Source: the human T2T-CHM13v2.0 reference genome, Homo sapiens | Direction: 5' to 3' (one strand) | Length of the DNA: 64,000 nt | NCBI RefSeq assembly: GCF_009914755.1 | Contig: NC_060935.1 | In this document: positions 12,740-27,439 of the stretch, piece by piece | How positions within the stretch are numbered: position 1 is the stretch's first letter | How the letters are laid out: each line of letters opens with the position of its first letter | Notes under the pieces: generated by a model | Databases searched by the model: none | What the model was told of the DNA's origin: nothing | What the model saw: only the letters and a program-made list of their open reading frames with translations | Made by a program: the position numbers and the translations under genes

Positions 12740-12975
12740 CTTTTCCTCTGGGTGTAAACACTTTGAAGGTAAAGGATTCACTTTTATATACCTAGCCCCA
12801 CAGAGAGCTGACAGTGTGGAACACATAGATTCACTTGCAATCATCTCAGCAACCCCAGGAAGGAGGTATTGTTTTATGTCTTTTATATACATATTGAAAC
12901 ACAGGGTTTAGTAACAACCCCCCTCTGCAGTCGTGGGATGTAACCAGGGCTGACTCCAAAGCCTCTGCTCCCAGG
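12740..12975. mobile_element. L2 tail (+) abutting MIR (-) fragments
   Basis: gtgtaaacactttgaaggtaaagga...; atctcagcaacccc...ggtattgtt...ctgactccaaagcc. Confidence 0.45.
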
Positions 12976-13649
12976 CCTTGGCAGCCAACACCCCACTTTT
13001 ATCCGCTGGGCACAAGGCGCTACCCCTGGCCACACAAATCCATCTGGAAAAGACCTCCATTCTCATTGAAACCACAGGCCATACACATACATTGGTCTGG
13101 CTAGTTAAGAAGGTTAGATATTCAAATAACATAATTTTAAAATATTTAATTTCACTGTTCTTTTAAGGCCATAAAACTGACTTGCTTTTAAGAATTTACA
13201 AAGACACTTTGAAGAGATAAATTTACGGAAAAATCTGGCCCACATTTTCCAATAAAACTGGTCCTGTGTTCCTCAGAGCTACAAACAAGGCTTTGATGAA
13301 AACACAGAAATCAGTAGCTTGCCTAGGATGAAGAACATGAGGCTTCTCCTACTCATTCTCAGTTCCCCAGAGACCATCTTCTTCCCATGGATATTTCCCT
13401 TTGCTTTAACTGCTCCTCAGAAACCGGCGAATGGGAGGAAAGGAGTCTAAAGACACCGGGGCTGGGAAACGATAGCTGTTCTTTGGTATGTGTATGTGTG
13501 TATCCCTGTAATAATTTCCCCTTTAAATATAGAAGCTGGGAAGATGCTTCCTGAAGGTGCTACCACCTCTTCCAGCCCTGGCTTCTTCCTCATTTCCCTT
13601 TGCTTCTGTCCTGCATTTGGGCTCACACTCTGTTTAAAATCCCCTTCTC

Positions 13650-14055
<406 letters not shown>

Positions 14056-15069
14056 CTATTTGAATGCCCGAGCCAGAATTCGTGGAACCTACTTCTGTGT
14101 CCTGGTGGCACTTTCTGTCATGCCAGTGGCCCACATCTGCTGCCTTGTGGTATTAGCAATTATGGCTGTGCCTGGTTTCAGAATATTGCTCGAAGCTGAT
14201 AGATAAGCTCCTTGAGATGGGGCCTGAATCATCCATGCAGGTTACCTTCCTACCAAGATGCTCTGTATACTGCAGTGTTCAGTAAAGGCTACCAAATCAT
14301 ATCTGCTTTCCAAAAATTTACTAAAATATAAATATTCTGGGGACACCCAGAACTCCCTTTACTAAAGCAATTGGTTGCTCTAGCAGTATTAAGAGACAAT
14401 GGGGTTTGTTTCACAATAGAGCTTAAATCATTACATTAATTGTTTCCATATGTTGCAGTTGGAAAGTCCAGTTCCTTGTTATTCTTCCTACTGTGATCCT
14501 AATAAATTACATTGTCTCTTCTTGGCTGCTGGAGCCTAATTAGCATTAATTCTTCAGTGAATTTTAAATATATTCACTATCCTTTCCTATTTTTCACTAG
14601 AATAGATTATTTGTGCTGTCACTAAAGCAGGGTCTCTCGTGGTTCTAGAAAAGCCATTTCTACACACATTACCTGCCACTTCTCACAGCTCTCCATAAAT
14701 CCCATAGCAATACCAAAATATTTCTAAGCTTTTCCATCTTTAGTTTTAAATTTTGCTTTCAAATTTTTAAATTACCCCATTATAAGGTATTGTTTATTTC
14801 TTTTTCTGTAGCATATTTTCAAATTAGCTTAACTATCTTTCTTTGCAAATAGTGGCAAAAATCCACTCAGTCAAAGGACTTTAGCTATATTGTACCCCGC
14901 TGCAGCATTCAGGAGATAAACTGATGAGAAACTAGTTCATTACACATTTCCCTCAGAATCCCAACCCACCTTTCAATCTGGTTTCCCATTAATTCTTTTC
15001 AGTTCTGTAAGTTCCAGCCAGAATGGGTACAGTTTGGAAATCAGAGAGACTAGCATCTGGAGCATCTAT

Positions 15070-16160
15070 ACATGGATGATTCACCAAAATGGACCTCTTG
15101 CCTATATGTCCAATTTTCTTCTGAACACACACATTCAGATGGCTAACAGATTTGTCCAGCTTAAGAGGAATATAACAGAATTCTTGATTTCTCTCTACCG
15201 GGTCCTCTTACCTGTATTACCAAAACCTGCTGCTTCTTGCTGCTTTTCCATCTCCATAAATGGTGCTACCGTCTGCCTAGCTATGCAGGCCAAAAACCAA
15301 AGCACAACAATGAAAGATAAAACAAAATAGAAATAAAAAATGTAACTCACCCATTATTTATCTCTCTCTTTTTCTTACTCTTCACTTCCAAGGTGTCAGT
15401 AAGTCCTATTGGCCTGTCCCTAACCCAACCACCACTACTATATTTACTGCTGAAACCCTGGCACAACTATCATCTTCTCACCCAGATTACTGCAAAGCAC
15501 AACAGGTCCGTCTGCTTTTATTCCTGTTTCCTTTGCTCCAGTTCCACATAGCAGCTAAAGTAATCTTTTTGAAAGAACAAGTCAGATCATATCAGTTCCT
15601 TATTTATCACCCAACAACAACTTCCTCCTGAAAAAAATAAGATTCAAGTTCCATAATATCCTACATGACCTCACCAAGTCATCTCCTTTTCCTCTCTTCT
15701 TGTAGCAGCTTCCATGGCCTGCTTTCATTCCCTCCTGTAAGTTCCTACCTCAAGGCATTTGTAGCCCCATGGGCCTATAATGACCTCTTCCAGGTTTCTG
15801 AAAGGTTATTGCTTTCTGATAATTCAGGTCTCAGTTCATATAACACCTCCTCAGTCAGGCCTTCCATATCCCTCTTACTAAAGTAGTCACTCTCCCACTC
15901 AACACTATTCACCCAACATGTATTAGTTATCATGTGGCATTCTCCTTCTGGCCTGTATCACTATCTAGGATAGGTAAATGAATGAATGAATGAATGAATG
16001 AATGAGATGGGTTACTTGTCTCTTCTCAGGAGAACACAATATCTTGGAGGACAGCAACAGGGTCAGTTTTGATACACTCTGTATTTCCAGCACCTAGAAC
16101 AATTTTTGGCATTGTGAGGACAATAAATATTGAATGAATTAATGACTGATTGAATGAATT
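15070..16160 (+). mobile_element. L2 (L2a-like) ~1.1-kb 3' portion with internal (TGAA)n at ~15977-16004
   Basis: catctccataaatgg...agtaagtcctattgg...cagattactgcaa...gtcagatcatatca...tatttccagcacctagaaca...aataaatattgaatgaat. Confidence 0.85.
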
Positions 16161-16164
16161 CAGG

Positions 16165-16300
16165 AATACTGGACCTATCACTTTGGGACCATGGACAAAT
16201 CACTTAATTCCTCTACATTTGTTTCTTCATCTATAAATTGGTTTTGTTGGCAGGACAGAAGGTAATCATTACATAAAACTCTCAGTAAAATAAGCAATAA
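16165..16300 (+). mobile_element. MIR fragment
   Basis: gaccatggacaaatcacttaattcctct...tttcttcatctataaattgg. Confidence 0.6.
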
Positions 16301-18687
16301 TCATTGTTCATTGTGACTGTTGTTGTTTCTCTGTATATTTCTTTTCTCATCATCCCATCTACTTACTCCTGACTCTTTGTGCTTGGTTCCCCTTGAGGTA
16401 CGCCACAAACCTTCCCTGGCCCTCCCAGCTAGAAGTGCCCTCTTCTGACTCCAACTTCCCAGTGTGTTTGCCTTGAATATGGCTCTTACCCAACCCTCTC
16501 TGCCTGTATTCAGCTATTCAACGTTCCTTTATTGCCGTCAATGGACCAAACATTTATGCTGGGTGCAAGCATTTATTTTTTGGTCTATTTCTGAAGCTTG
16601 CTTAGAAGCTTCTTGAGAGCAGATCTATGTCTGATTAGCTTTGTAACCTTGCATTGTCCAGAATTACGTCTTCATTTAGTCCTCATTTCATAAATATGCA
16701 ATGAATTACTGTAACTGAAACTTAAGCTACTGGATGCATTAAATCCATCCCATTTTGTCCATTGCCACATTTCACAGGGAAACAAGAGGGATGGGGCTGT
16801 GAGATACTTGAAATATTTGCCCATCTCGCTGCCAGAGGCCCACAGAGTTTTGGGGTTATGAGCCCCTAGAACTAGGTTGCCTGGCTCCAAATTTGATTCA
16901 AACTATCGGCTCTGCTCTTTTTGACATACGTTCCTACTAGGAACTTTGATTACCAAGTCATCTTGGATATAGAAACAAAATTATACAGTGTTCAGTGGTA
17001 TAAAGATGGGGGTTGGTTGTTGACTTTCCCTTTGTCACAGCTAGAATACAGCCAGTCAGCACTTGATTAATTTCCTTTGTTCCATTAAAATCTACCATAG
17101 TGCTGATCTAGTGACCTAGGGGCTCACAAGTGAATCCTTGCCCTGGGCAAGGTCCATCAGCCTCCAATGTATAGATGCTTTTACTACTTTACTTTCCACT
17201 TCATTCTCAAAAACAAATATGTAGGAAGTTTTTATAATTCAAGCCACCTGCTCATTGCATGTAGACATCTTCTTGATGTAATGGCACAACCAAACCACCA
17301 GACACCAACATAAACTTTCCACTACAATGGCTTAGACCACCATTAGTTCTGCTTTTTTTTGCCATCCCAGTAATGGGTTGTTAAGTTTAAATTTACTTTC
17401 TAATTCACAGCAACTGTAGTTTTGTTAATTACTTTAAATGGTTTCTGTGTAAAAAATACTTAGCATTAATGGCATTCTTTGGATTTTTAAGAGTGAGTTA
17501 CTTTCATTAATTAGCCAGTTAATATAGCATATCTGGGTAGAGGACTTTATCAGCTTGGATTTCATTTTATTGATGGAAGAACTAAAGCAGATTGATGCAG
17601 ACTCGACCCTTGGAACTCTTCATAAAATGTCTTTTACCATTTATTTCTTTACCACTTTCTCCTCTGCTTATTTTACCACATCTTCCCACCCCCTAAACAC
17701 CTGGCTTACAGACTGGAGTATGTGTGTTAGGGGAGGGGGTGCAGGGGTAAGGTGGGGTGGGGAGAAACAGCTGTGGCACAAAAGAAAATGTACCAGTACC
17801 AGGGAGTAAGCTAGAGAAGACCCTGTTCTACAGGAAGAGTGTTGGTTGAAGCAGGGGTTTATATTTCCACAGGAAAGTCACATTGGTAAGCATTTTTCAG
17901 ATCTCTTTGTATAAAGCATGCCCGTTTTCCAGTGGTATTACCAAAGACCCCAACCCCAACCCCAGAATGGGATTGGGCTGATCCCCTATTACTCCAAGTG
18001 GTTGGTCATCCCCAAAATATATCTCCAGTAGTACATCCAGCCATCTGCCCAGTAAACTAAAGTGAGTAAATTTTGCTGAACAAAGATAATCATGAAAGGG
18101 TAAATGTAGTCATTTCATGCTTCCTGGGCAATAATTTTGCTGGCAGAAGTTCAGTCAACAGCATTTGATTATTCTCTGCATTGTGGGCATGTAGACAGGA
18201 AGTAGTGGGCACAGCCCCGGACTCTGAGGTAGCCAAGTTTATGTGAGGGCTGTGAAATTAACATGTAAAGTACAGATGAGTGCCTTCGATGGGCACTGTG
18301 AAAGGAGACATCTTTACTTTTACAAATGATGGGATGTTGGAGTGTGCTGTGGAATTCACAAATCTTTGAAGCCCTCCCAGATGAGTTACACAGCATTTTG
18401 TCATTTGAACAACTAGGAATATTTATCAAATTTTCAGAGGACATAAAGATAAAAGGGACAGTGAATACTTTCAAATATTTCATCCAGATTCAGGAAGACC
18501 TCAGATGCTAAGAACGGGTTGATGAAATCTAAATTAGTAGAAACTGGATTGAAATTCAGTTCATGGCTCTAAAGCCTGGGACATGTTAGACCCAACTAAT
18601 CCATTACAAAGGATAGGATACTCCTAGCACATTTTTAGTGGTCTGACAATATCTGAAATTTCACGTCCAATTCTGCATTATATAGAC

Positions 18688-19188
18688 CAGCGCTGTTCAA
18701 TGGAAAAGCAATAGGAGCCATATATGTAATTTTAAATTTTCTACTTGCCACATTAAAAAAGTGAAAAAAAGGCTAAAATAATTTAACAACATATTTTATT
18801 TAGCTCAGTATACAGGAAACATTATAATTTTGATATTTAATGAATATTAAGCATGAATAAGATATTTTACATTTTTATACTAAGTCGTCAAAATCCAATG
18901 TGCATTTTACGCTAACAGCACATTTCAATATGAATGTTATGTTTTCCTCAGAAATACTTCATCTGTATTTAGATTTCATGAAATTTACAGTTGGAAAAAT
19001 AAGCTCACTTAAACAAGTTGTTCCAAATATATTTGAGAAGTGTCCAAAAGTGGAATTAAATATAAGTTTTTAAATTTAAGTTTGAACTATTTAAAATTAA
19101 GTGAAATTTACAAGTCGTCTTCTCAGTTACACTGGCCGCATTTCATGTGTTCATGTGAAGATGTTAGCTACCATATTGCACAGCACAG
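18688..19188 (+). mobile_element. hAT-Charlie DNA transposon (Charlie1b/MER33-related)
   Basis: Termini cagcgctgttcaat ... attgcacagcacag; internal atatgtaattttaaattttcta...gccacattaaaaaagt. Confidence 0.85.
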
Positions 19189-19677
19189 GTTCAGACTCAG
19201 CATCATTCACAGCATGGTGAGTGGGGTGAGGCAGGGTCTCAATCAGAAACAGTAGGCAAGACAGGGCTTGCTTGGTATCTATCAGAGACACAGGGGAGGA
19301 GGCTGGACTGAATGACCTCTACCTTGCTCTGAGTTCATCCAGTTTTTCAGAATCCAGCCCCAGCGATCTTGCCCTTTTGCCTTGCTGCCTCCCTAGAGGC
19401 TGCTGACTCCGTACTGACTTAAGTAAACAAGGCCTGAGCAGTTTTAGTCTTTCAGATATTTGCTATGCCACGTGTTTTCTCAAGTTCTTCTCTAAAAGTA
19501 GAGATGCTTGTAGCTCCTTGAGGGCCCATCACATTTTCTGAATGGATAAACTCTCCTTTAGAAAGACAGCTGGTTCAGCATGCCCCATCAGCTCAGCATA
19601 AGCCCTGTTCAATGAGCTGTCAGTGCCTTATGGATAAAGGGTGTAAAAAATGGTTGTCCTCAATGACTCGCCTATTG

Positions 19678-19691
19678 TCATCATCGTCATT

Positions 19692-19722
<31 letters not shown>

Positions 19723-19723
19723 A
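19678..19723. repeat. (TCA)n trinucleotide repeat
   Basis: tcatcatcgtcattatcatcatcatcatc...; source of the poly-Ser in ORF 19612..19902. Confidence 0.9.
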
Positions 19724-19889
19724 TATCAACATCAACATTGCCATCATTTTCCTGGCCCCTTTTCAGTTCATCAAATCCTCACTATCTAACTGCAGGCTCC
19801 TGTTTGGGGATAGGGGACACTAAATTCTTGTACTACATGTCAAGCTGTGTAGGTTATGGAAAAGAGAAAAGAAAAGAAAATGTGGTAGG

Positions 19890-20070
19890 CATTTTTATGT
19901 AACCTTGCCAGAGGGAAGGTGGGCTAGCTCTTCCTACCTCTTTCTAACAGTTGAAAATACTAAAATTCACAGAGGCTAACCAGCTTGCCGCAGCTCACAT
20001 GAGTGGGGCTTAGATGTAAATCCAAGTAGGGATTGATTCCCAAGTTCTTGTTATTTCTGTTATTCATTCC
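19890..20070 (-). mobile_element. MIR fragment
   Basis: aacagttgaaaatactaaaattcacagaggctaaccagcttgcc...atgtaaatccaagt. Confidence 0.5.
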
Positions 20071-23000
20071 TACTGAAGAATAGAACTCAGGGAATAAAAT
20101 AATACAGGTCCCCATTGTAATATGATTTTGTTGTACATTGAGTTTCTACAACCAAATGAAGGTGCAGTCGTTAGCCTAGAAAGCTGATGGGAAAATTACT
20201 TTTTTACTGCTTTGTTATCAGTTCATGGACCTAAACTTCAAATAAGGATTCTACTTCCACTTTTTCCTTCTATGCATGCTCACAAATATTATCTTACACC
20301 TTTTCTCACACTTCTTCATAATTATCCCTATTTTGCAGATGAAAAATTCAGGAAGTCTCTGAGAGGAAAAGTAGGTGTTTCAGGTAAAAACATTGGTTTC
20401 TTGTGAAATAATATCTCAGGAGGGATGCTACCTAGGTTCAGACCCTCTAGAGCATAAAAGAAAAAGGGTGAGAAGCTGATGGTAGAAGATGGCCTTGTTT
20501 CTGTATCGTGAGTTATGAGTGCTGATTGTCAGTGATGAAGACACATTGCAGGAAGTAGCCAAGTGGGAGAGGTGGAGGTGGGTTGCCAAGAGCATCTCAG
20601 GAAACTCAGACTGGAACTCCTGCAATTGTGGACACCAACCCTGTGAATGTGTTGTTTTTACACAGTAACTCTCTGAGGGAAGTTGAAAAGGTACTAGGAA
20701 AAAATGGCTGAAGCATCAGCCAAGATTTAGAGCCCTTTCTTGTGGTTTTCGCTTAGCCAAATGTTGAGAATATGGCTGTACATTCCAGGCAGCATAGAGG
20801 AGAAACTCGAGAGTAAAACCACGGCAGACTTAGTGCAGCAATGATACACACCACTTAGTATTCTTTTTTTTTTCTTAAGCTAGTGAACTAGCAAGAGTTC
20901 TACATAATAACAATCCAAATAACTCATTGAATTTCTAGCAACATTTGTTTATTATTTATTATTATTATTGGCAAACTGAACATCTAACCTGAGAGTAAAA
21001 TGCTGATACGAAACACATGACCATTTGTGCTGCTGGGACAAGGTGGGGGTGGGGAGTTTATAAAGGTGCCTTTAAATGCATGAAATAGATGCTTTTCCTA
21101 CATTGACACTAGCGTCCCAACAGAAGGATGACACCAAGAGAGTCTCAGTGTCTTTTATAATGTCCTAGAAAGTGATGAAGGCTGGGGTAGGGGTGCCAGG
21201 GATCAGCAGGGGCTGGGCAATGAGATAAAAAGGTCTTTTAAGGCTTAGAGCAGAGGTGTGTCTGCTGAGATGTCCAAGAGCAATAACCAAACAGTCATCC
21301 TAGGTCCAGATTGCATCCTGCTCTTGCCAGTGGAATCTTGTCTTAAGCATGATGGAGTGGTGTTCCATGGTCAAGACTTTTGAGAATGGTTGAAATTAGT
21401 ATAAGAGCTAGTATGATGTCAAAAAGAAAACAGGAAACAAGAACTCTGGGTCTCTCATGCTGTGATTTCAATCGTGGTCTTAAACTGTGGACATGGCCTT
21501 TTCTTGTTCTGGATTTTATGGCTTTGAGACAAAGGTAAACCACAGAGTCAGCCATTACTGACTTCATGGGCTGAAGGGCTTTCATCATATAGCTGTCACT
21601 TAGAATCTTCTCTACAATCATAAGCACATAAAATATGTCTTATTCTAGATTATGTCTTAAACAGCAACAGCTGTCTTCAAGGTGGTGATTTATCAGCATT
21701 TAGGTCCAATGGCAATAAGAGTTGTATCAGCAGACCTAGTGAAAGTTAATCATTGAAAAAATATTATTCTACCTCTACATCTACACATAAGTATTTTAAT
21801 CTGGGCAGTTCACTAGGTGAGTATTTGATTATGAAGTAACAATAGTCACAGGAGTAAGCAAAATAAATGTATTTGGTAGTGTTGGAAATGGCTCAAAAAC
21901 CCAACAGTAGCCAGTAGAGCTGGGAGGCAAGGCAGGGGTGAGCCAGCAGAAGAAGGGTGGCTTTCCAGGGAAGGCCCATGTGGTCAGCTGTTCAGACACT
22001 GACTGTCCAAGTGCACATCAAACACACAATTACATCTGAGGCAAGGATACACAGAAATATTCAGGGGATAACCTTGATTAAAGATGGTCACATGAAGCCG
22101 ACAGAAAGGTGTGTGGTCTTTTGAACCCTGGCAGTCATCCATGATATATCTAGAACTGCCCCACAGCTCTGAGAGGAGATTCCATTACCATATGTGGTGA
22201 ACCCTTGAAATAAATTCAATTCCAAGATCCACATCCTGCCTCTGAGGACGCCCTAGCATCCATAAAGACAGTTTCACATGTGGAATCTGAGGTGTAACGG
22301 ATGGGCATTAATGTGTGTGGTGTGGAGTGCTTTTTTTTTTGCATTCTGCTATAATGCACTGGTGTCTTCTTTTTTTAAGAATATGTTGACACATGCCCAT
22401 TCAAATAAATAAATGGTCCCGTTTCTACCGATCTGTTTGGAAGCATCAAGAAATTCATGTGGGGGAAAAAACTCATTTCTCTTTAGAAATTGCAAAGAGG
22501 AATGTTTCAGAAAGAACTGAAGAGGAGAGGCATTTAACAAATTATCAATAAATCAGCATCTAATTTTTTCCTAATATAAGCCCTGGTTATTTATATAGTT
22601 CAGGTGGAGATTGTGAGAAAGGAATTATAAGATGGAGAAATACAAAGAATCTTTGTGTTTTGTTGGAGAGCCAGAAGAGCTTCAAGCAGATGTAAGATGC
22701 ATGCCTTACACATCTGTGAATGTGGGTGATTATTATGTGGAAAAGTGACTCTCTTGGTAGCCAAGCAGAAGAACTCTATTTTTTTCTACCTCTATATTAA
22801 TATTATTACGACTGTTATTACAATTATCAGAATGAGATTAACATACCAGACCAGACCAGTATAGATACAGAAGGAGTTGTGTTTTATTACCAGAGTCTAA
22901 GGACATATCCATTCCTATTGGCACTCAAAATCCAAGTTACTAGTACTGTGTCAGCTAATGTGAAATAAGAACAGGGCATATTATGCCAGGAGCCATTATC

Positions 23001-23879
23001 AGGAGCAGGCACAAGTAAGATGTCAGCCATGGAAGCATAGAAGAAACTAGAGGTGGCATTTGGGCCTGGGGAGCATTTTCCTACTTGTTTCTGCATTTCT
23101 AATTCTTGAGTGATGAGAGAATTAACAAAGAAGAGGATGCCTCTTCTTTGAGGTCCACTTCTCATTACTCTGCTTCCTTTCATGGAGTAACTGTGTTAAA
23201 ATGGCTCAGAGGTTGAGCCATGTTGTTTTCCTGGAAGATATTAAACTGCTGACAACTGAGGTTACAGCCTGGATTTAGCCATAGTCAGAGTCACAGATGC
23301 CTGTGTTTTCATGCAAGTAGCAAAAATCACTAAAAACATCTAATGAGTACATAAACATCAAAACCTCACAATTAAATTGCCAAAGAAAACACATTTTCCC
23401 TCTTCTTGTGTTCTGTTCATGGAAGTCTTGACACTTTGGGCTATGCAGGAAGGGTCATGATACGTAGAGAAGCCGGATGAACACCAGAGAAAAAGGAAGG
23501 TCTAATCTTTGCAATTTTGTCAGCTCACTAAGTCATTTGTCATGTTTCATCACATCATCTTGAATTCTTTATTCCCCACTGGGAACTGACTGATCAGCCC
23601 TGAAGCTTTTAGCTGGCAATGTGATAAGAAGTCTCTGTGCTCCCATGAGCACAGCAAAGAATGTTGTATGCTGTAAGCCCAAGGAGCCATTCCACTCAGC
23701 ACTCCTTTAGTTAGGATGTCCTGTGGGAATGGCCCGGTTCCTCACAGACTCCAGTTCATTGCTGGAGACTGGCTTAGGAAGACTGTGATGGGGTAGGCTG
23801 GAAGACATAAGACCATGCACCAGGGGTGGGAAGCACGTGTTCCGGAAGCCCAGAGGAAGCGGAAATTTTTTAGAACTAA

Positions 23880-24215
23880 GAGAGTTTGGGGGAACACTTT
23901 AAGGCCAAGCTAGTTGAAACCTGAGACAGTTCAGATTTCAGCACCTGGAGTGAGTCTGGGTAGAAAGGGAATTCCAAGCTTTGGAAATAAGAGCAAGTAT
24001 GATGAGTTGTATTGCAGGAAGGTTGAGTGGTTTTTCTGTCTTGAGCATTCAGGTTGAAGGAGTTAAGGGTGGGAGAAGAGATTGAGACTAGGTCACAGTG
24101 TGCATTGAAGACCAAGATGAGTTTGCACCTGATACCACAGGCAATGGAGAAGCTAACGGAGATTACTAAGCAGAATCAGACCTGCAGTTTAGGGAGAGTA
24201 TAGTTGCTGATGGAC
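23880..24215 (-). mobile_element. L2 fragment
   Basis: ggaattccaagc...gagtttgcacctgatacc...ggcaatggagaagc...aagcagaatcagacctgcagttt. Confidence 0.6.
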
Positions 24216-24227
24216 TGAAAAATATAA

Positions 24228-25192
24228 CCATCCCTCTCCTGAGCTTGAGACTTAAATAGCAACTGCCTCTTGAGCAGCGACTCTGTCTGGATTTTATGTG
24301 TAAAATCTTACATCTGGCATGTCCCAAAGTTCTACCAATGTAAACTTACTCCTCCTTGTCAAGAAGTAGCACATACACCTGCTCAGTTGGTCAAACTGAA
24401 AAGCACATTAAAAAAAGTTATCGCCCTTAAATGCTGTCTCTATCTTCCCACATCACACTTGTCGTCATATCTGATAGATCCAAATTCCCTCTTCATGAAT
24501 CTGCTCATTTCCTCTTACTCATTGCCACCACTTTGGCTTAAAGAAGACCCACACCAGCCAATTCCATTCATTTTTTATCTTCCCAGTCCAGCTTTCATGT
24601 GACTGCCAGTTATTGTTTGAAAATAGAGATGAGCTTATGTAACTTTTAGCATCTTTTGAGATTCTAAAAATCACCACTGGTTCTCTTCTACCAAAGGCTA
24701 AAACCCTGCTCCTTAGAATATCATAAAAGAACCTTCATAATTTGCCTTTCTCTACCTTTTCTGTCTTCAATCTTGACACGACCCACCCTCCCCCAAACAC
24801 ACACACACAAAACCGTGAGTGGTCTTGTGTTTTCCAGGTGTATATGCTCATTCTCATCATCACTCTTTTACACAAAATACATGTTCAGCATGGCATGTCC
24901 TTTTCTTACTTGGCAAACTCCTACTCACCCTCAGAAATCCAACTGGATTCTTTCCTTTGTTGCCCCTTCAAAGTGATTGGCTTACTACTCTGTGCTCCAG
25001 TAATTGAAAGTACATAAAGTGACTAGTTTAGCATTACTAATCTATTGTATTGTAATGAGCTATTTTACCATTTAGGCTTCTTCCACTAGGGTATGAGCTG
25101 CTTGAAGGCAGTGATGGTCTCATTGATCTTAGTTCTTCTTATGTCATCTGATACTCAGGAGATGGTCCTCAATATCTGTGGATTAAATGAAG
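24228..25192 (+). mobile_element. L2 ~1-kb 3' portion
   Basis: ctctcctgagcttgagac...aactgcctcttga...ggcaaactcctactcaccctcaga...ccactagggtatgagctgcttgaaggcag... Confidence 0.75.
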
Positions 25193-26657
25193 GACAGAGA
25201 TGACTACAATCTCACATTTTGGTGTGAGATTGATTATTGATGTGCTGTTTCTTAACTAGGCTCTCAAATCTCCTTTAAGTTTGCCTTTTGTTATTCTATA
25301 AAATGAGTTACCAGAGATAAAACATCTAACACAATATCTGTGGTTGGCAAATGTGTCACTCCTACCAACACACACATGCACACTTTTTAAAGAGATCATT
25401 TATGACTCTTTAAAGAAAAATAATTACCAGTGTAGCTTATGAAAGAGATCATGAACTAGGTAATAAATTTGATACATGCTTTCATCCCAGAATTTTAAAC
25501 ATTAAATTAACTCCTGATCCTTTAGAAAAACATCTTTCTTATGCAATATAGTCAAATTTTACATTGATTGTTTACTTCTTTGCAATTTGAAGTGGATGCT
25601 TTTATGAATTCCTCACTTTCTATTTAGTGCTTCTTCCCATCCCCACTCCCAACAAGGGTGGATGGGTTATTTGTTTTGGATTTTGTTTGCGGATTACATT
25701 TAATAAAGAAGGAACACTTGTAATTTGGTCATATGTTTGGTCTGAAATATCCACCCTAAAAATCCTCAGCAAGGGGCCACATTTGTCTCATTTGTCATCC
25801 ATGACAGTTGCAGTGCTGATCTGCACTCACGTTCCTCCAAGAGCTTGTTAGGTCATTTTTATCCAATTCTGTTCTACAGTCAAAATCATTTTAATATTGT
25901 AAGATGGAAGAGGTTAGAAGAATCTCTGTTTGCCTCAAAAATAAAGATTCCTTCAGAACCTCCCACAAATGCACGTTGGCATTTGGTTTGAATGCTACTG
26001 CCCCGAGTTATCTGACCTCAGTTCGTCTCTGCTGTGCACTTGCCAGAGACGAACGGTTGACCAGATGCCTCTCACAACATGATGTTGTCAAGTACAGAAA
26101 AATGACTCCAGTAAAAATAACAGATTTTTGAAAATTTAACAAGCACCAACTGTAGTCATGTTCATCTGGTTCTGTTGACAGCAAGGTTTCTCTTTCTAAT
26201 TAATAAAAGAGAGAAGAAACAAAATATTCAAAATAGGAAAGACTAGTAATAGCAAGAATTATATTTTTCAGAAGTCTCCTAGAGGTAGTTCTTCTAGAGT
26301 TTTTGTAACTTCCCTGAATTGAATTGTAAAGAAATTGGTGTCATCTCAGTGGCTGATCACTGAAACCCTAAAAATTATGGGAATGACCACAGATCAGTCA
26401 CATGTGAACTCTTCTTTTTCATTTTAGTGGTCTCAGCTCCAAACTCTGGGAGGAAAATGGTCTATTTGCCCATGTTCTCCTGTCTAAATTGTTAGAGTCC
26501 TCCCCTCCTCTCTTCTTCATGATACTTCAAGAACTTTTATGTTCATATTATCATGTAGCCATGGTGTTACAATGACAGTGACATTTCCTGTGGTGGAAAG
26601 ATACCGGTTCCTCTAATTTGGTCTTCCTTCTCTTCTACTTAGAACTTGCTTGCAATA

Positions 26658-26809
26658 GGCCAGACATAGTGGCTCATGCCTGTAATCTCAGTGCTTTGGG
26701 AGACTGAAGCAGGAGGATCACTTGAGGCCAGAAGTTTAAGACCAGCCTGGACAACATAGCAAGACCACATCTCTAAAAAATTTTTTTAAATAAAGGCAAA
26801 AATAAAAAA
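26658..26809 (+). mobile_element. FLAM_C-like free left Alu monomer
   Basis: ggccagacatagtggctcatgcctgtaatc...ggaggatcacttgaggccag...catctct followed by an A-rich tail; no right arm. Confidence 0.9.
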
Positions 26810-27118
26810 CTGCACTCTAAGCTTATATTTTTCTCTATTTAGCACTCTGTTCATAAACACCTTAACCATCTCACTTGATACAAATTTTGTGACATTACCT
26901 GTTGGCAGCTTGCTGCTAAAAAGTGGCTCAAAAAAAGGGTTCAGTTATAAAAGTAGTAAAAGTAGTAAACTAGGAACATCAAGCTTGAGAGGAGTCAAGA
27001 TAAAACATATCCATTTGATGATTTAATTGATAAAGGTGTTAATTTGGCTGAGGAGCAGCTAATACTTGATAGGTTAATATTATTTTAATTTCTAATCCAT
27101 AATTATGAATCAATTTGA

Positions 27119-27428
<310 letters not shown>

Positions 27429-27439
27429 TTGAAGGACAT

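Noticed and set aside
19612-19902. Poly-Ser ORF; likewise the YI-repeat (10542/10570) and poly-Tyr/Ile (34728-35093) ORFs
   Set aside because: Products of (TCA)n, (AT)n and (AAT)n microsatellites.
23937-23955. REST/RE1 left half TTCAGCACC
   Set aside because: No GGACAG right half at canonical spacing; lies in an L2 fossil.
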